In this document: in pieces, positions 48,782-61,190 of the stretch
How positions within the stretch are numbered: position 1 is the stretch's first letter
How the letters are laid out: each line of letters starts with the position of its first letter
Assembly (NCBI GenBank): GCA_050613775.1
Contig: JBODTK010000147.1
Coordinates: 310,001-374,000, forward strand
Direction: 5' to 3'
DNA from: Neocallimastix sp. 'constans'
Lineage: Eukaryota
DNA: 64,000 nucleotides
Notes under the pieces: model-generated
What the model saw: the letters and a program-made list of their open reading frames with translations, nothing else
Told to the model about the DNA's origin: nothing
The model's database searches: none
Program-made: the position numbers and the translations under genes

Positions 48782-49441
48782 TTTGTTATTTTGTTTTGTT
48801 TTATTTCTTTGAAAATTATATAATTTTAATATTAAATTTTAATTTATATTAAATTTATTTTATTTTTAAAATATCCAAGAAATAATTTTTATCAATAATT
48901 TTTTATATAATAAATATTTTTGTTGACTAATATTATAAAATTAATATTAATAAGAGATTTTATTTTGATTAATAATTGATATGATATAAAAATAAAAAAT
49001 AAAAAAAAAAAAAAAAAAAAGGAAAACTCCTTTATATTTATATAAAAATAAAAATATAAAAAAAATCATGAATTAAAATTTTTTAAATTTTAATATATTA
49101 AATTATAGTATAATATATATAGATATATATAACATTTATATTGATCTTTTAAATTAAAATTTAATTTTATATCCATTCCACATAAATTTATCCTATATAA
49201 TTTTAAAATATCAAAAATATTTTATCTGAACTATTCCACACAAAATAAATCCTTATTTATCTACTTTTAAAAAATTATACTTAACAATTTTGTAATTTAT
49301 AAAAATATTTTCTTTATTTCTTTAGCATTTATAATAAAATTTACTTTCTTTTACTATTAAGATGCAATAAAAATACAATATAATGCAATATATATAATAT
49401 AAGAAAACAATTTAAATATACAATGTATTTAATCCACATTA

Positions 49442-49515
49442 GTTTTTGATAATTTATATGTTATGTTAAAAGTGGATTAAAAACATTTTAACATAACATA
49501 TAAATTATCAAAAAC
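49442..49515. repeat. Perfect 30-bp inverted repeat with a 14-bp spacer
   Basis: GTTTTTGATAATTTATATGTTATGTTAAAA (49442-49471) pairs with TTTTAACATAACATATAAATTATCAAAAAC (49486-49515). Confidence 0.92.
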
Positions 49516-51350
49516 CAACATTTAAATTTAAATATATAACTAATATTATTAATATATTATATTTTAAAATTTCTAATAAAAGTTTATTTATCAAAGCAAT
49601 TAAAAATAAATCAATAAAGTATATTTATATATATGTATAATATATATAATTTAAAATAATTATAATTATACCTATAATATGATAATAAGGAATTCTTTTT
49701 TAAAAGGTGATTTCTTTAATTAATAATTAATAATTTTTTATATTTCATAATTAATTTTTAAAATTTTTTTTTTCTTAATGTTTTTTTAAGCAAAATCTTT
49801 AATATAAAAGAAAACAAAAATTTATATATTAATAAATAATAATCAACTATTATTTCATTTTGATAATTTTATTTTGTTTTGAACTTTTTCTATATTAAGA
49901 ATTATTATTATATATTATATATATACATTACATTTTTTAATTAGTTATTATTATTATCATTATTATTATTGTATAATTTTAACATTAAACAATTCATTAG
50001 TAAAAAAAAATAATCAAAAAAAAAAAAAAAAAATAAAATAAAATAAAAAAAAAATAAAATAAAAAAAATAAAAAATAAAAAAAATTAAAAAAAAATATGA
50101 ATCGAAAAGTTAAAGTTCAGAATGTATATTTATAGGATGTGGTGCCTTTCCAAAAGTTATATTTTTTAATGTGGCGTTCATAATGTTGTAATTTGACGCC
50201 ATAAATTTTTTAATATTTTTTAATACAATTATATATAAATAAATAAATAGATTAAAAAATAATTAAGATTAGAGATAAATAAAAATGTTTTAAAATATTT
50301 TCTAAAATACTTTATAACAAAAAAAGACTGAATAATTATTATTAATTTATTTATAATAAATGATTAAATCTTAATAATAAAAATTAAATAATAAAATAAT
50401 TAAATAGAGTAACATAATTAAATATAATTTTTTACTAAAATTTTAATAAGTCATGTCTTCCGAAATGCAACACTCCCAAAATAAATTATTAAATATAAAA
50501 TATTTATATATTTATTTTTTTTTTTATTATTACTTTCACTCTCTAAAAAGTTTATATTTTATTTTTTTATTATTATCTTTCATTTTATTTTATTTTTATA
50601 TATTAATAAATTCTATACATTCACATTTTACTATAGTTTATCAAATATATTTCATTTTATATATATATATATATATATTATCTAATATTTTATCTAATAT
50701 TTTATCTTAAATATTTTTTTTTTATATTTTATTTTATTCTATATTTATTTTATTTGAAAATTTTTAAAAATAAATATTTTATTATATTTTATTTGTATGT
50801 ATCCACCATTATTAGTCACACCTTAATAATATTAATATGACATAACCATAAAAAAAAAGATATATATTTAAATATAAATGGAATATATGAAAAATGAAAA
50901 TGAACAAAATGAAAATAAAAACATAAAAACATAAAAAATTAAAAAATAAACAAATGAAAATAAAATAAACAAAATAAATAAAATATATATATATATATAT
51001 AATAAATAAAAAAATAAATAATAAAAAATTAAATAATAAAAAAATAAAAAATAAAAAGCATTAATATTTAATATTTATGTAGATTTAAGTGTATGTATAT
51101 ATCTCTATCTATAATTATAAATATAATTATAATTATAAATATAAATGTAAAATAAAAATTCTATTCCAAGATTTATAGCATATTATAGGCACATCGCTCC
51201 TATGGCTCACAATAAAAAAGGAAAAATTAAATGAAAAAAAAGGAAATAAAATACACAACAAAAAAGGAAAACCTTTTTTTTTTTTTATTTTTTTTTTTGT
51301 TTCAAAAATAATTTCATATTTGAAATATTTGATTGGAAATTAACTTCTAA

Positions 51351-51381
<31 letters not shown>

Positions 51382-51824
51382 AATAAATAGATAAATAAAT
51401 AAAATAAATAGATAAATAAATAAATAAATAGATAAATAAATAAATGAATAGATAAATAAATAGATAGATAGATAAATAGATAAATAAATAAATAGATAAA
51501 ATAAATAAATAGATAAAATAAATAAATAGATAAAATAAATAAATAAATAGATAAATAAATAATAAATAGATAAAATAAATAAATGATAATTAATTAAATA
51601 AATAAATGATAATTAATTAAATAAATAATAAATAGATAAAATAAATAAATGATAATTAATTAAATAAATTATAATTGTTAATACAATTTACTTAATTTAA
51701 ATGAATTACTATAATAGGCAAATTTCAAATTTCAAATTTTTTTTAATTTTAATTTAAATAGGAACGAATTTTCCTTCAATTTTACTCTTTTTTTGTTTTT
51801 CTATTTTAATTTTTGTTTTTGTTT

Positions 51825-51863
<39 letters not shown>

Positions 51864-52075
51864 GTTAATGAAATATTTGTAATAATTGTACGGTAATTAT
51901 AAACCATTATATAAAGAAGAAGAAAAAAAATAACTTTTTTTTTTTTTTAATGGCTATAATCAACAAGAAAAAGTATTAAATAAAATTGTAGAAAGAAGAG
52001 AAAAAAAAAATTAACTAGAAATCAAATATAAATTATTATAATAACATTAATAAATAAATAAATAAATAAATAAAA

Positions 52076-53581
52076 ATGGTAAATAATAATAAAGGCAGTA
52101 GTCAAAATGAATGGGGTAATAATTTATCCTTTATTTTAGCTATGATCGGTTCAGCAGTTGGATTAGGAAATATTTGGAGATATCCTTATGTACTTTATTC
52201 TAATGGTGGTGGTGCATTTTATATTCCATATCTTGTGGCTGTTCTTTTAATGGGTATTCCATTTTTAATTTTAGAGTATGATGTTGGTTATAATTATAAG
52301 GCCTCTTTTGCAAAAGCATTGAAAAAAATTAATTCCAAATTCGAATTTTTAGGTTGGTTTTTACCTGTATCTGTCTATATGATTATGATTTATTACTCTG
52401 CTATTTTAGGTTGGGATGGTATCTATATCGTTTTAAGTTTCTTTAAAGGTTGGGGAAATGATCCAGGAACCTATTTTGAAACAGATCTCTTAAAATCTTC
52501 TGAAGGTATTTCCGGTCTACTTCAATTCATTCCAATCATTGCTATTTCTATGCTTATAGGTTGGATTATTATATGGTTTATTTCTCATAGAGATTTAGAA
52601 TCCGGCCTCGGTAAGGTTTCAAAAATTTTAGTACCACTATTATTCATTATCATGATTTTTATTGTAATCTATTCATTGATGTTACCGGGAGCCTCTATTG
52701 GTTTAGAAGTTTTATTTAAACCGGATTGGTCCCTTTTATTGACTTTTGAAATTTGGATGGCCGCGTTCGGTCAAATTATTTTCTCACTCAGTCTTGGTAT
52801 GTCGATAGCATTCACCTATGCCAGTTATACTAAGAAGGAAACCGATTTAGTTTCAAATACATTATCAATTGCCATAGCAAATTGTCTTTTTGAAAATTTT
52901 GCTGCACTCGGTGTATTCTCAATCTTAGGTTATATGTCACAACAATCTGGAAAAGCGGTATCAGATCTTGTTAAACAAGGTACCAGTTTAGTATTTGTTG
53001 CCTATCCTACGGTTTTCAATGTATTAGGTAAAATTGCCCTGGTAATTGGACCATTATTCTTTTTCACCGTTTATCTTGCCGGTCTCACCAGTATTCTCTC
53101 GACGGTGGAACCACTATCCTTCTGTATTCAAAATAAATTTGGATTTTCAAGACGGGGTACGATGACCGTTTTATGTGGTATTGGTGCTCTCATTTCTATG
53201 CTTTATGCTACTGCGTTTGGTGCCTATCTCTTAGGGGTAGTAGATACCTTCATTAATCAAATAGCAATTTTAATAGGAGTGGTAGCCGAATGTGTCGCTT
53301 TTGGATGGATATTTGATGCCAAAAAATTAATTCCATTCCTTAATGAAAGAAGTAAAGTATTAAAACTTGGAACATGGTGGCTGGTGACGGTTAAAGTAAT
53401 TCTTCCTCTCTTTGTCAGTATTATATGGGTAGGAGGTATAATTGATGTCTTTAAAACTGGCACCATGGAACAATTAGTATTCACTATAATTTCAGCAGTA
53501 ATCCTACTAGTTGCAACGACAATATTCACCTTTTTATCATCCAAGAGTGAAGAATGGACAGAGGTTGAAGATCGAGTTTAA
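52076..53581 (+). CDS. Sodium-dependent transporter, NSS/SNF (SLC6, LeuT-like) family, prokaryote-type
   Basis: W...FILAMIGSAVGLGNIWRYPY..NGGGAFYIPY, WMAAFGQIIFSLSLG, LVFVAYP, FFFTVYLAGLTS. 501 aa, many TM segments, very short termini, intronless. Confidence 0.95.
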   Translation: MVNNNKGSSQNEWGNNLSFILAMIGSAVGLGNIWRYPYVLYSNGGGAFYIPYLVAVLLMGIPFLILEYDVGYNYKASFAKALKKINSKFEFLGWFLPVSVYMIMIYYSAILGWDGIYIVLSFFKGWGNDPGTYFETDLLKSSEGISGLLQFIPIIAISMLIGWIIIWFISHRDLESGLGKVSKILVPLLFIIMIFIVIYSLMLPGASIGLEVLFKPDWSLLLTFEIWMAAFGQIIFSLSLGMSIAFTYASYTKKETDLVSNTLSIAIANCLFENFAALGVFSILGYMSQQSGKAVSDLVKQGTSLVFVAYPTVFNVLGKIALVIGPLFFFTVYLAGLTSILSTVEPLSFCIQNKFGFSRRGTMTVLCGIGALISMLYATAFGAYLLGVVDTFINQIAILIGVVAECVAFGWIFDAKKLIPFLNERSKVLKLGTWWLVTVKVILPLFVSIIWVGGIIDVFKTGTMEQLVFTIISAVILLVATTIFTFLSSKSEEWTEVEDRV

Positions 53582-54199
53582 AATAATTTAATATAATAAA
53601 AAATTATATATATTAAATTAATTAAAAAAAAAATAGAAAAAAAAAATATGGTTATATGATTTTTTTTGCCAAAGGTAACAAAACAATTTCTAAATTCAAC
53701 TTTTATAGGATTCTAAACGCATAAATAATATATATATAAATAAATATATAACTCATTGCTATTAATATTATTATTAATATATATTATAAATATTTAAATT
53801 AAGAAAAACGTTTTTAAAAATATATATATATATTTCTTAAAAAATATTTTATGATGAAAAAGTATTATTATTATCTTTTTTTTTTTTTCAACCATATTAA
53901 TATTATTCATATACCCACCAAAAGTAGTAATCTATAAATGAAATATGAAAACCCAATAATGTATCATAGGAAAATATTAAAAAAAGAAAAAAAAAATATT
54001 AAAAAAAAGAAATGAATATATGATATAATAAAAATTTACAGGAAAAAAAAAAAAAATTAATTCAATGGCTGTAACAAAGCTTTAATAGGTATTATATATA
54101 TTCTATACAGAATTAATGATTTCCATTATTTTTTATTATTTCAAAATAAAAATTGAAGTGAATAGTAAATTAATATAAATAATTTATTAAATATATATG

Positions 54200-54237
<38 letters not shown>

Positions 54238-54905
54238 TATATTATATAAATTAATAGATTTTTTTTTTAACAAATGCAATTATGTGAATTAAATAAATTA
54301 ATTAGTCTTTACTTTTTTCTTTTTTTTTTTTTAATATTTCAGTAGTATATTAAACAAGTATACAAAAATTAAAATATTAAAAAACTATTAGCAAAAAATA
54401 GCAATATTATTTTATTTTTATAATATATTTATAATAAAATATTTATAAAATAAAAAAAAAAAATAAAAAAAAAAAAATAAATAATAAAGTAATAATAAAA
54501 ATAAAAATAAAAATATTTTTTTAATTGAAAAGTAATTTTTTATATACATATATAGATAATGTCTATTTATAATAGAATTCATTTCTAGTGGTTATTTTAT
54601 TATTATTAGTAGTAGTAGTAGTTGTATTATTATTAATTAATTATTTAGTTAGTTAGTTATTTTATAATATTTTTTTTTTCTTGATGTTTAATAATGATTT
54701 TTTTATTTTAATATTCGATATTTTTTTTTATTTATACATATACAATGTCTATTATAAAATAGGTTTCATTTCTAATGTTATTGTTCTAATGTTATTGTTT
54801 GTTATTGTTGTTTTATTTTATAATGTTTAAATTATTTTTTTTTTTTTTTTAATTTTATTTTTATTTAATTTAAATTTTTTTATTATTGATAATTTTTTAT
54901 ATTGA

Positions 54906-54942
<37 letters not shown>

Positions 54943-55087
54943 AAGCTACAACCTATAATCAATTAAAGGTTTATATATATTTATTTATATATATATATAT
55001 ATATATAATTTAATATTGAAATATTTACATTAAAAAAAAATTCTCGAAAAAAAAAAAAAAAAAAATAGTCTAAAATAAGTATATTCT

Positions 55088-55141
<54 letters not shown>

Positions 55142-55178
55142 CGATCTTTGATGTAATATTAATTTTATAATTATCTAA

Positions 55179-56235
55179 TTAATAACAAATATATTGTTTT
55201 TGAGGTTGTTCTTGTATGTAAGTTACTTGAGTTAGTTGTTGTTGATATTGATTAGATAATTTATTTTCATTTGGCGAATTATAGAAAATTTGATTAGAAG
55301 GAATATATACGGTAGTAGTATAAGGAATATATTGAACAAATAAAGTATTGCTATATAAGGTATCATTATTTGAAATAGATTCTGAATTATTAATATCACT
55401 CATTGAAGATAATGAGTTATATATATCAATACTAATATTATCATTATTATTATTATTATTATTATAACTAATTTTAGAAGGAGTTATTGAAACCTGAGTA
55501 TCATTATTACTAATAATGGATGAATCAGATAAAGTAGGTGAAGGATAAGAAGTAACTTTTGAATTATTTCTTTTTTGATTTAATTTATTTTCTTCCTTCT
55601 TTTGATTTAATTGTTTATGTTTCTTTTGAATTGCAAATTTATTTAAAGAAGTTTCAATTTTAATCATGATATCCTTTTCATCTTTATAATGACAAATATT
55701 TGAATATCTTTTATCCATACAAAGTTCTTTCCAATACTGGTTAACATGAGTACTATTAATGCAATCAGGTCTATTATTTGTTTTTTGAAGAATTTTTGAC
55801 CATAATAATTTCATTTCAATTTTTGATTTAGCACAATGAATTAAAGATTTACATAAAGATTCGTAGGAAGGTTTTATATCAAATTCGTCAAGTTGATCAA
55901 TGACTTTTGCACATGTTAAAAAACGATAGGTTTCTATTAATTTTTTATAATAAAAAATTTTATAAGAAATAAATATTTTTAGAAAAATTAAATCATATTT
56001 AATAATTAAAACAATATATTATTTTATATATTATAATTATTTATTTATATTACTAATACTTACGAGCTCTATAATAAATTAATAATTTCAAAGTTTATTT
56101 TTTAAATAAAAAATTAAAATAAAATAATGAATAATGAATAATGAATAATGAATAATTAGTATATGTACTTTATTAATATAGGTTTTCAAAATATATATTA
56201 ATTTAATTAAAATAATAAATAATATATATATTTAA

Positions 56236-56282
<47 letters not shown>

Positions 56283-56441
56283 TTACTGTGAAATATTCCA
56301 TTTCATTTTTGAATATTGGCTTAATGAATAACCTTGCTTTTGATATTCTTTTGATTTTATAGAATTTTGAATCTCTTTAACAAAAGAAATAAAATTTCTC
56401 TGTTTTTGAAGATAAGCATTAAATATAATATGATTTTCCAT
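55179..56441 (-). CDS. Three-exon gene of unknown function (304 aa); exons 56441-56287, 56068-56064 and 55933-55179
   Basis: ATG at 56441. Introns GTAAAT..TAG (56286-56069) and GTAAGT..TAG (56063-55934). Exon lengths 155+5+755=915 nt read MENHIIFNAYLQKQ...KWNISQAQTYRFLTCAKVIDQL...EMKLLWSK in frame with the 211-aa ORF. The C-terminus is S/N/Q-rich and low complexity. Confidence 0.85.
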
Positions 56442-57757
56442 TTTCTTTCAAATGCTTTTTTTGAAATTAAAAAAATTTAATATAATTAAAATAATTATAA
56501 AATATTTTCTTTCTTCAAAATTATAATAATATATATATAATTGTTATTTAAATTTTATTTTATGCTTTTAAAAATATAATAATAATAATTACAAAAAGAA
56601 AAAAAAAAAAAAAATTAAAGGTTTATATATACTTTGAAATTTCTAATATATATATTTATTTTTTTATTTAAATTATTGAAAATAAATTTTTAAAATAAAA
56701 ATTATATTTTTATAAATTTAATATCATACATTTATTGTTAATAATAACAATAAAAAGTTAATATTTTCATTGTAACAATAAGTGTATGATACTAAATTTA
56801 TGAAGATTAACTTTCATATTATATTATAAACAATGAAATATATTAAAAAAGTTCTATTTTTATAAAACATATAAGAATTTTATCCTTTATTCATTCCTTT
56901 TTTTTTTTTTTTTTTTTTTAAAATAATAAAAAAAAATAATAATATATTATAATCTTTGAATTAAAAACTTTATTTTATAATAAAAATACACAATATAATT
57001 TATTATCTTTATATAAGAAATTTAAAAAAAGTTTTTTTTTATATATCCATTAAAATAAATATTAATTCATGGTAGTACAATATATAAAAGTTCACAATTA
57101 ATAATTTTCTATTTTTAAAATGAATATTAATTTTGATATTAAACAAAAAAAAAAAAATTAATAATAATAAAAATATATATAAAAGTTTAAATAACAGTTA
57201 ATTTTAGAATCTTAAAATAAAACAACTAGTAAATAATTATATATTTATTGTAATTATATTGTTAATAATAATGGAACAATAATTATATGTTTATATTAAC
57301 ATGAAATATAATGATATTTCTAAAAAAAAAACCACATTAAATATATTATAATTCATATAATAAAATTTTATAATTAATAATACCAAGTTTAATAATATTA
57401 AACTTGGTATTATTAAATTAAATATAAGAATTTTATGTACTATTTTTTTAAAAATGATTTTATTACCAAAAAAAAATAATAATAATAATTTTTCCATAAT
57501 ATAATAGACATAATAGACATAATAGATATTAAATTTTAATTTATATCATTATTAAATTATTAATATAATAGAAAAATAGTATCTTTTATTAATTATTTAA
57601 CAATATAACAATATTATATAATCATTTTTTAAAAAATTTTATTAACAGTTAACAGTTAAAAGATTATAATATTGCTTATATATTTTTTGTAAAATATATA
57701 TATATATTTATATATATATAATATAATAGATAAAAATTATATACAATGTATTATATT

Positions 57758-57794
<37 letters not shown>

Positions 57795-57949
57795 CATTTA
57801 TTTCACCAAATTCATTTTTTTATTTAAATTATTAAATAATTAAATATTATAACTTTTATATTATATAACATAACATAATGAACAATGATATTAATTTGTT
57901 GTTTTATACTATAAATTTTATTTATAAAATATATAAAAATTCTATCAAA

Positions 57950-59600
57950 TATATTTAGTAAATTTAATTCCCTAAAACTATGTTTTCCATATTCATTTAT
58001 GCTATAATTTTATTTTTTTATGTTGGAGGTCATTCTAAAAGATTAAACTTATCCATTAATTCTTTTATATACCCCCTTTGATGAATAATATATCCATTAT
58101 TAAGTTTATGAAATTTTATTCCTTTTTAACTTGTCTATCATCAGCGCCTGAAACAATTAATGAGTAAGTTGGATGAAAAGCAGCCCAATTTACACCATGA
58201 TCATGACCTTCTATGAAGAAACCTACTTCTTCTACATCTTAAATGTTAAATGGTTCTTTTATTTTTTTTTTCTTACCCTTTCAATTTCTCTATTTTTGCA
58301 TTTTAATAAGATATCATTGACATAGATTGTCAAGATGCATATCACCTTCTTTTCATTTTTTTTTTTTTTATGTGCATAAATATGATTCACTTTTTAATCT
58401 CTTAAAGACATTTTTCGATAATATATCAATTCAATCTATCATTCCATTCTCTTCCGGCTTACTTAAAACCATAAATTACCACAATTGATTTCCAAAATAG
58501 TACTTCATTATTTAAATATCATATTCTTTTGGTGCAATCATGTATTTATTTTTATTTAGATTTGGGTTTAGATATGCCGAATTAATATTAATTTGTATCA
58601 TCATATATAATCATTGGGAACAATAATGGCCACAATAACTCTTAATGAGTCAAGGCTTCAGGGTTGGTGAAAAAGGTAAATAAGTAATCAATTCCATAAT
58701 ACTATGGAAATCCTCTAGCCACAAGCCTAGTTTTCCTTTTTATTATTTCTTCATTCTAGTTCCTGTTTATACTTAAATACTCATTTACAGGATTTAATGT
58801 TTGCTCCTGGGGTACATGTTTAATTTCCTTAAAAAAAACATAAAGTTCTTTCATATTATTTAATTCTTCATTAACAGCTTCTAACTATTCCTGTCTATCT
58901 TTAAGGTTTTTTTATATCATCGAAATTTTTTTTTTTTTTTTGGTTCTCTTAAATCTTTTCCAGAGTATGATGAAGCTTTGAATTGATCATTGCTTATGTT
59001 GAATTGATAATTGTTATTACTTTTATCAGATTTATTATTAATAGTATTATTAATTATTTAATTTAATATAATATTGTTACCATTTATATTATTGTTATTT
59101 TTGTTATTATTATTGTTGTGATTTGTACTATTGATGTTATTTTCATTGTTGTTATTGTCACTATTATAATTGAGGTTTTTTTAATGTAGTTATTTTTACG
59201 ATCTTTTATATAATTGGTGATATTGAATTGGTGGTTAGGGTCATTAAATAGTAGTTTGAAATTATTAAATATAGAGAGACCACTTCGCCTGACTTCTGAA
59301 TTAGGAATGAAGTTGTTGAAGGATTTAGGTATGGGGATAGAGATTTTTAAGTTACTTGGACTGTCTTCAAAAAACTCAGCAGACTGGGAGAGTAAAATTT
59401 TATTATTAGAGAGGTTAAGAATTTTGTAAAAGGAGGAGTAAGAGTGATAGCCAAGAAATATACCAGGCATCACGTCATTTTTAAATTTAGCTCTTAATTA
59501 TTTTGGAAGAGAAAAGGAAAACTTTACAGCCAAACACTTTGAAATAAGAATAGTCAACTTTAATTTTAAAAAGGATTTCAAAAGGGATCTTATTAATACT
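57950..59600 (-). mobile_element. Highly degenerate Ty1/copia remnant (integrase C-terminus plus RT)
   Basis: Minus-strand fragments read YFKVFGCK, PGIFLGY, RLVARGF..YGIDY, CILTIYVNDIL and [27 protein letters not shown]. Many stops and frameshifts; no LTR recognised. Confidence 0.88.
58123..58211 (-). pseudogene. 89-bp fragment of the coatomer alpha subunit (alpha-COP) WD40 region inserted in copia RT
   Basis: Translates to [29 protein letters not shown], matching the conserved alpha-COP segment [29 protein letters not shown]. Confidence 0.88.
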
Positions 59601-60759
59601 CCATCATTTATTATTTATCAATAAATACAATTTTATAATGTATCCTTTATTACTAAATTATTTATTATTTATTAATAGCACTTTTATTATTTATCATTTA
59701 CTATTTATTTATTATTCATCAATAACACTTCAATTATTTATTATTTAATTATTTATTCATTTATTATTCAATTATTCAATTATTTATTCATTTATTATTA
59801 TTTATTATTAAAAAAAAATTAATATAAAAAAAACATGTTTTTTTTTATGTAAATTATGTAAAAATATAATATAAATATATATTTATTATAATATAATTGA
59901 TTTTATTATTTACATTATACAGCAATATATGTTAATATTTATATTAATTTTATTTTCATAATTCAAATAATTTAATTCATTTTTTTTTATTAATTTTTTT
60001 TGTATTTATTGGTTAATTTTTCTGTAAATAAAAAAGAAATTTTATTTAAAAAAAAAAATACTATAAATGGATATTTTCATTTTTTTTTTTTATGAATAAT
60101 ATTTTTTTTTATTCTTCTATTTTTTTTATTGGTATTGCCAATTTAATTTATATCTAATAATTAGCAAATGATTAGAATAAATAATTAAATAAATAATTAA
60201 TTAAATATAAATAATTGAATAAATAAATAAATATAAATAATTGAATAAATAAATAATTAGAATAAATAAATAAATATAAATAATTGAATAAATAAATAAT
60301 TGAATAAATAAATAAATATAAATAATTGAATAAATAAATAATTAGAATAAATAATTAAATAAATAAATAATTAGAATAAATAACTAAATATATAATTGAA
60401 TAAATATAAATAATTGAATAAATAAATATAAATAAATAAATAATTAGAATATGGAATAAAATGGCCGCATAGACTTTTAAAATAAAAAAATAATGAAATG
60501 AAATGAAAAGTAATAGCAAAAGCCTTATTATTAAACCACATATTGTAATTATTAGAAGTTGCTATTAGTTGTAATAAGAAAGAATAAAAGATTATATTCA
60601 ATGATTCTCCTCAGTATTTTTTAATTACTCTATTAGACTTACCCCAAAGAAAAAAAATTCACAATACAAGAAAAAAAGTTTTTTTAACTGCCGAAGTTTA
60701 ATAGTATTGATTAAAATATGTTTTATATTTTATAATATTTTATTTACTTTTTTTTATTA

Positions 60760-61190
60760 TTCAATTATTCAATTATTTATTATTTATTTATTTATTATTT
60801 ATTATTTATTATTTATTATTTATTATTTATTATTTATTATTTATTATTTATTATGTATTATTCATTTATTCAATTATTCAATTATTTATTATTCAATTAT
60901 TTATTATTCAATTATTCAATTATTTATTATTCAATTATTCAATTATTCAATTATTCAATTATTTATTATTTATTATTTATTATTCAATTATTTATTATTT
61001 ATTATTTATTATTCAATTATTTATTATTTATTATTTATTATTCAATTATTCAATTATTTATTCATTTATTATTCAATTATTCAATTATTTATTCATTTAT
61101 TATTCAATTATTCAATTATTTATTCATTTATTATTCAATTATTCAATTATTCAATTATTTATTATTTAATTATTATTTATTATTCTATTA
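60760..61190. repeat. Degenerate (TTATTCAA/TTATTTA)n low-complexity satellite
   Basis: Mixed 7-8-mer repeats; a complementary AATAATTGAATAA tract lies at 60170-60450. Confidence 0.85.
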
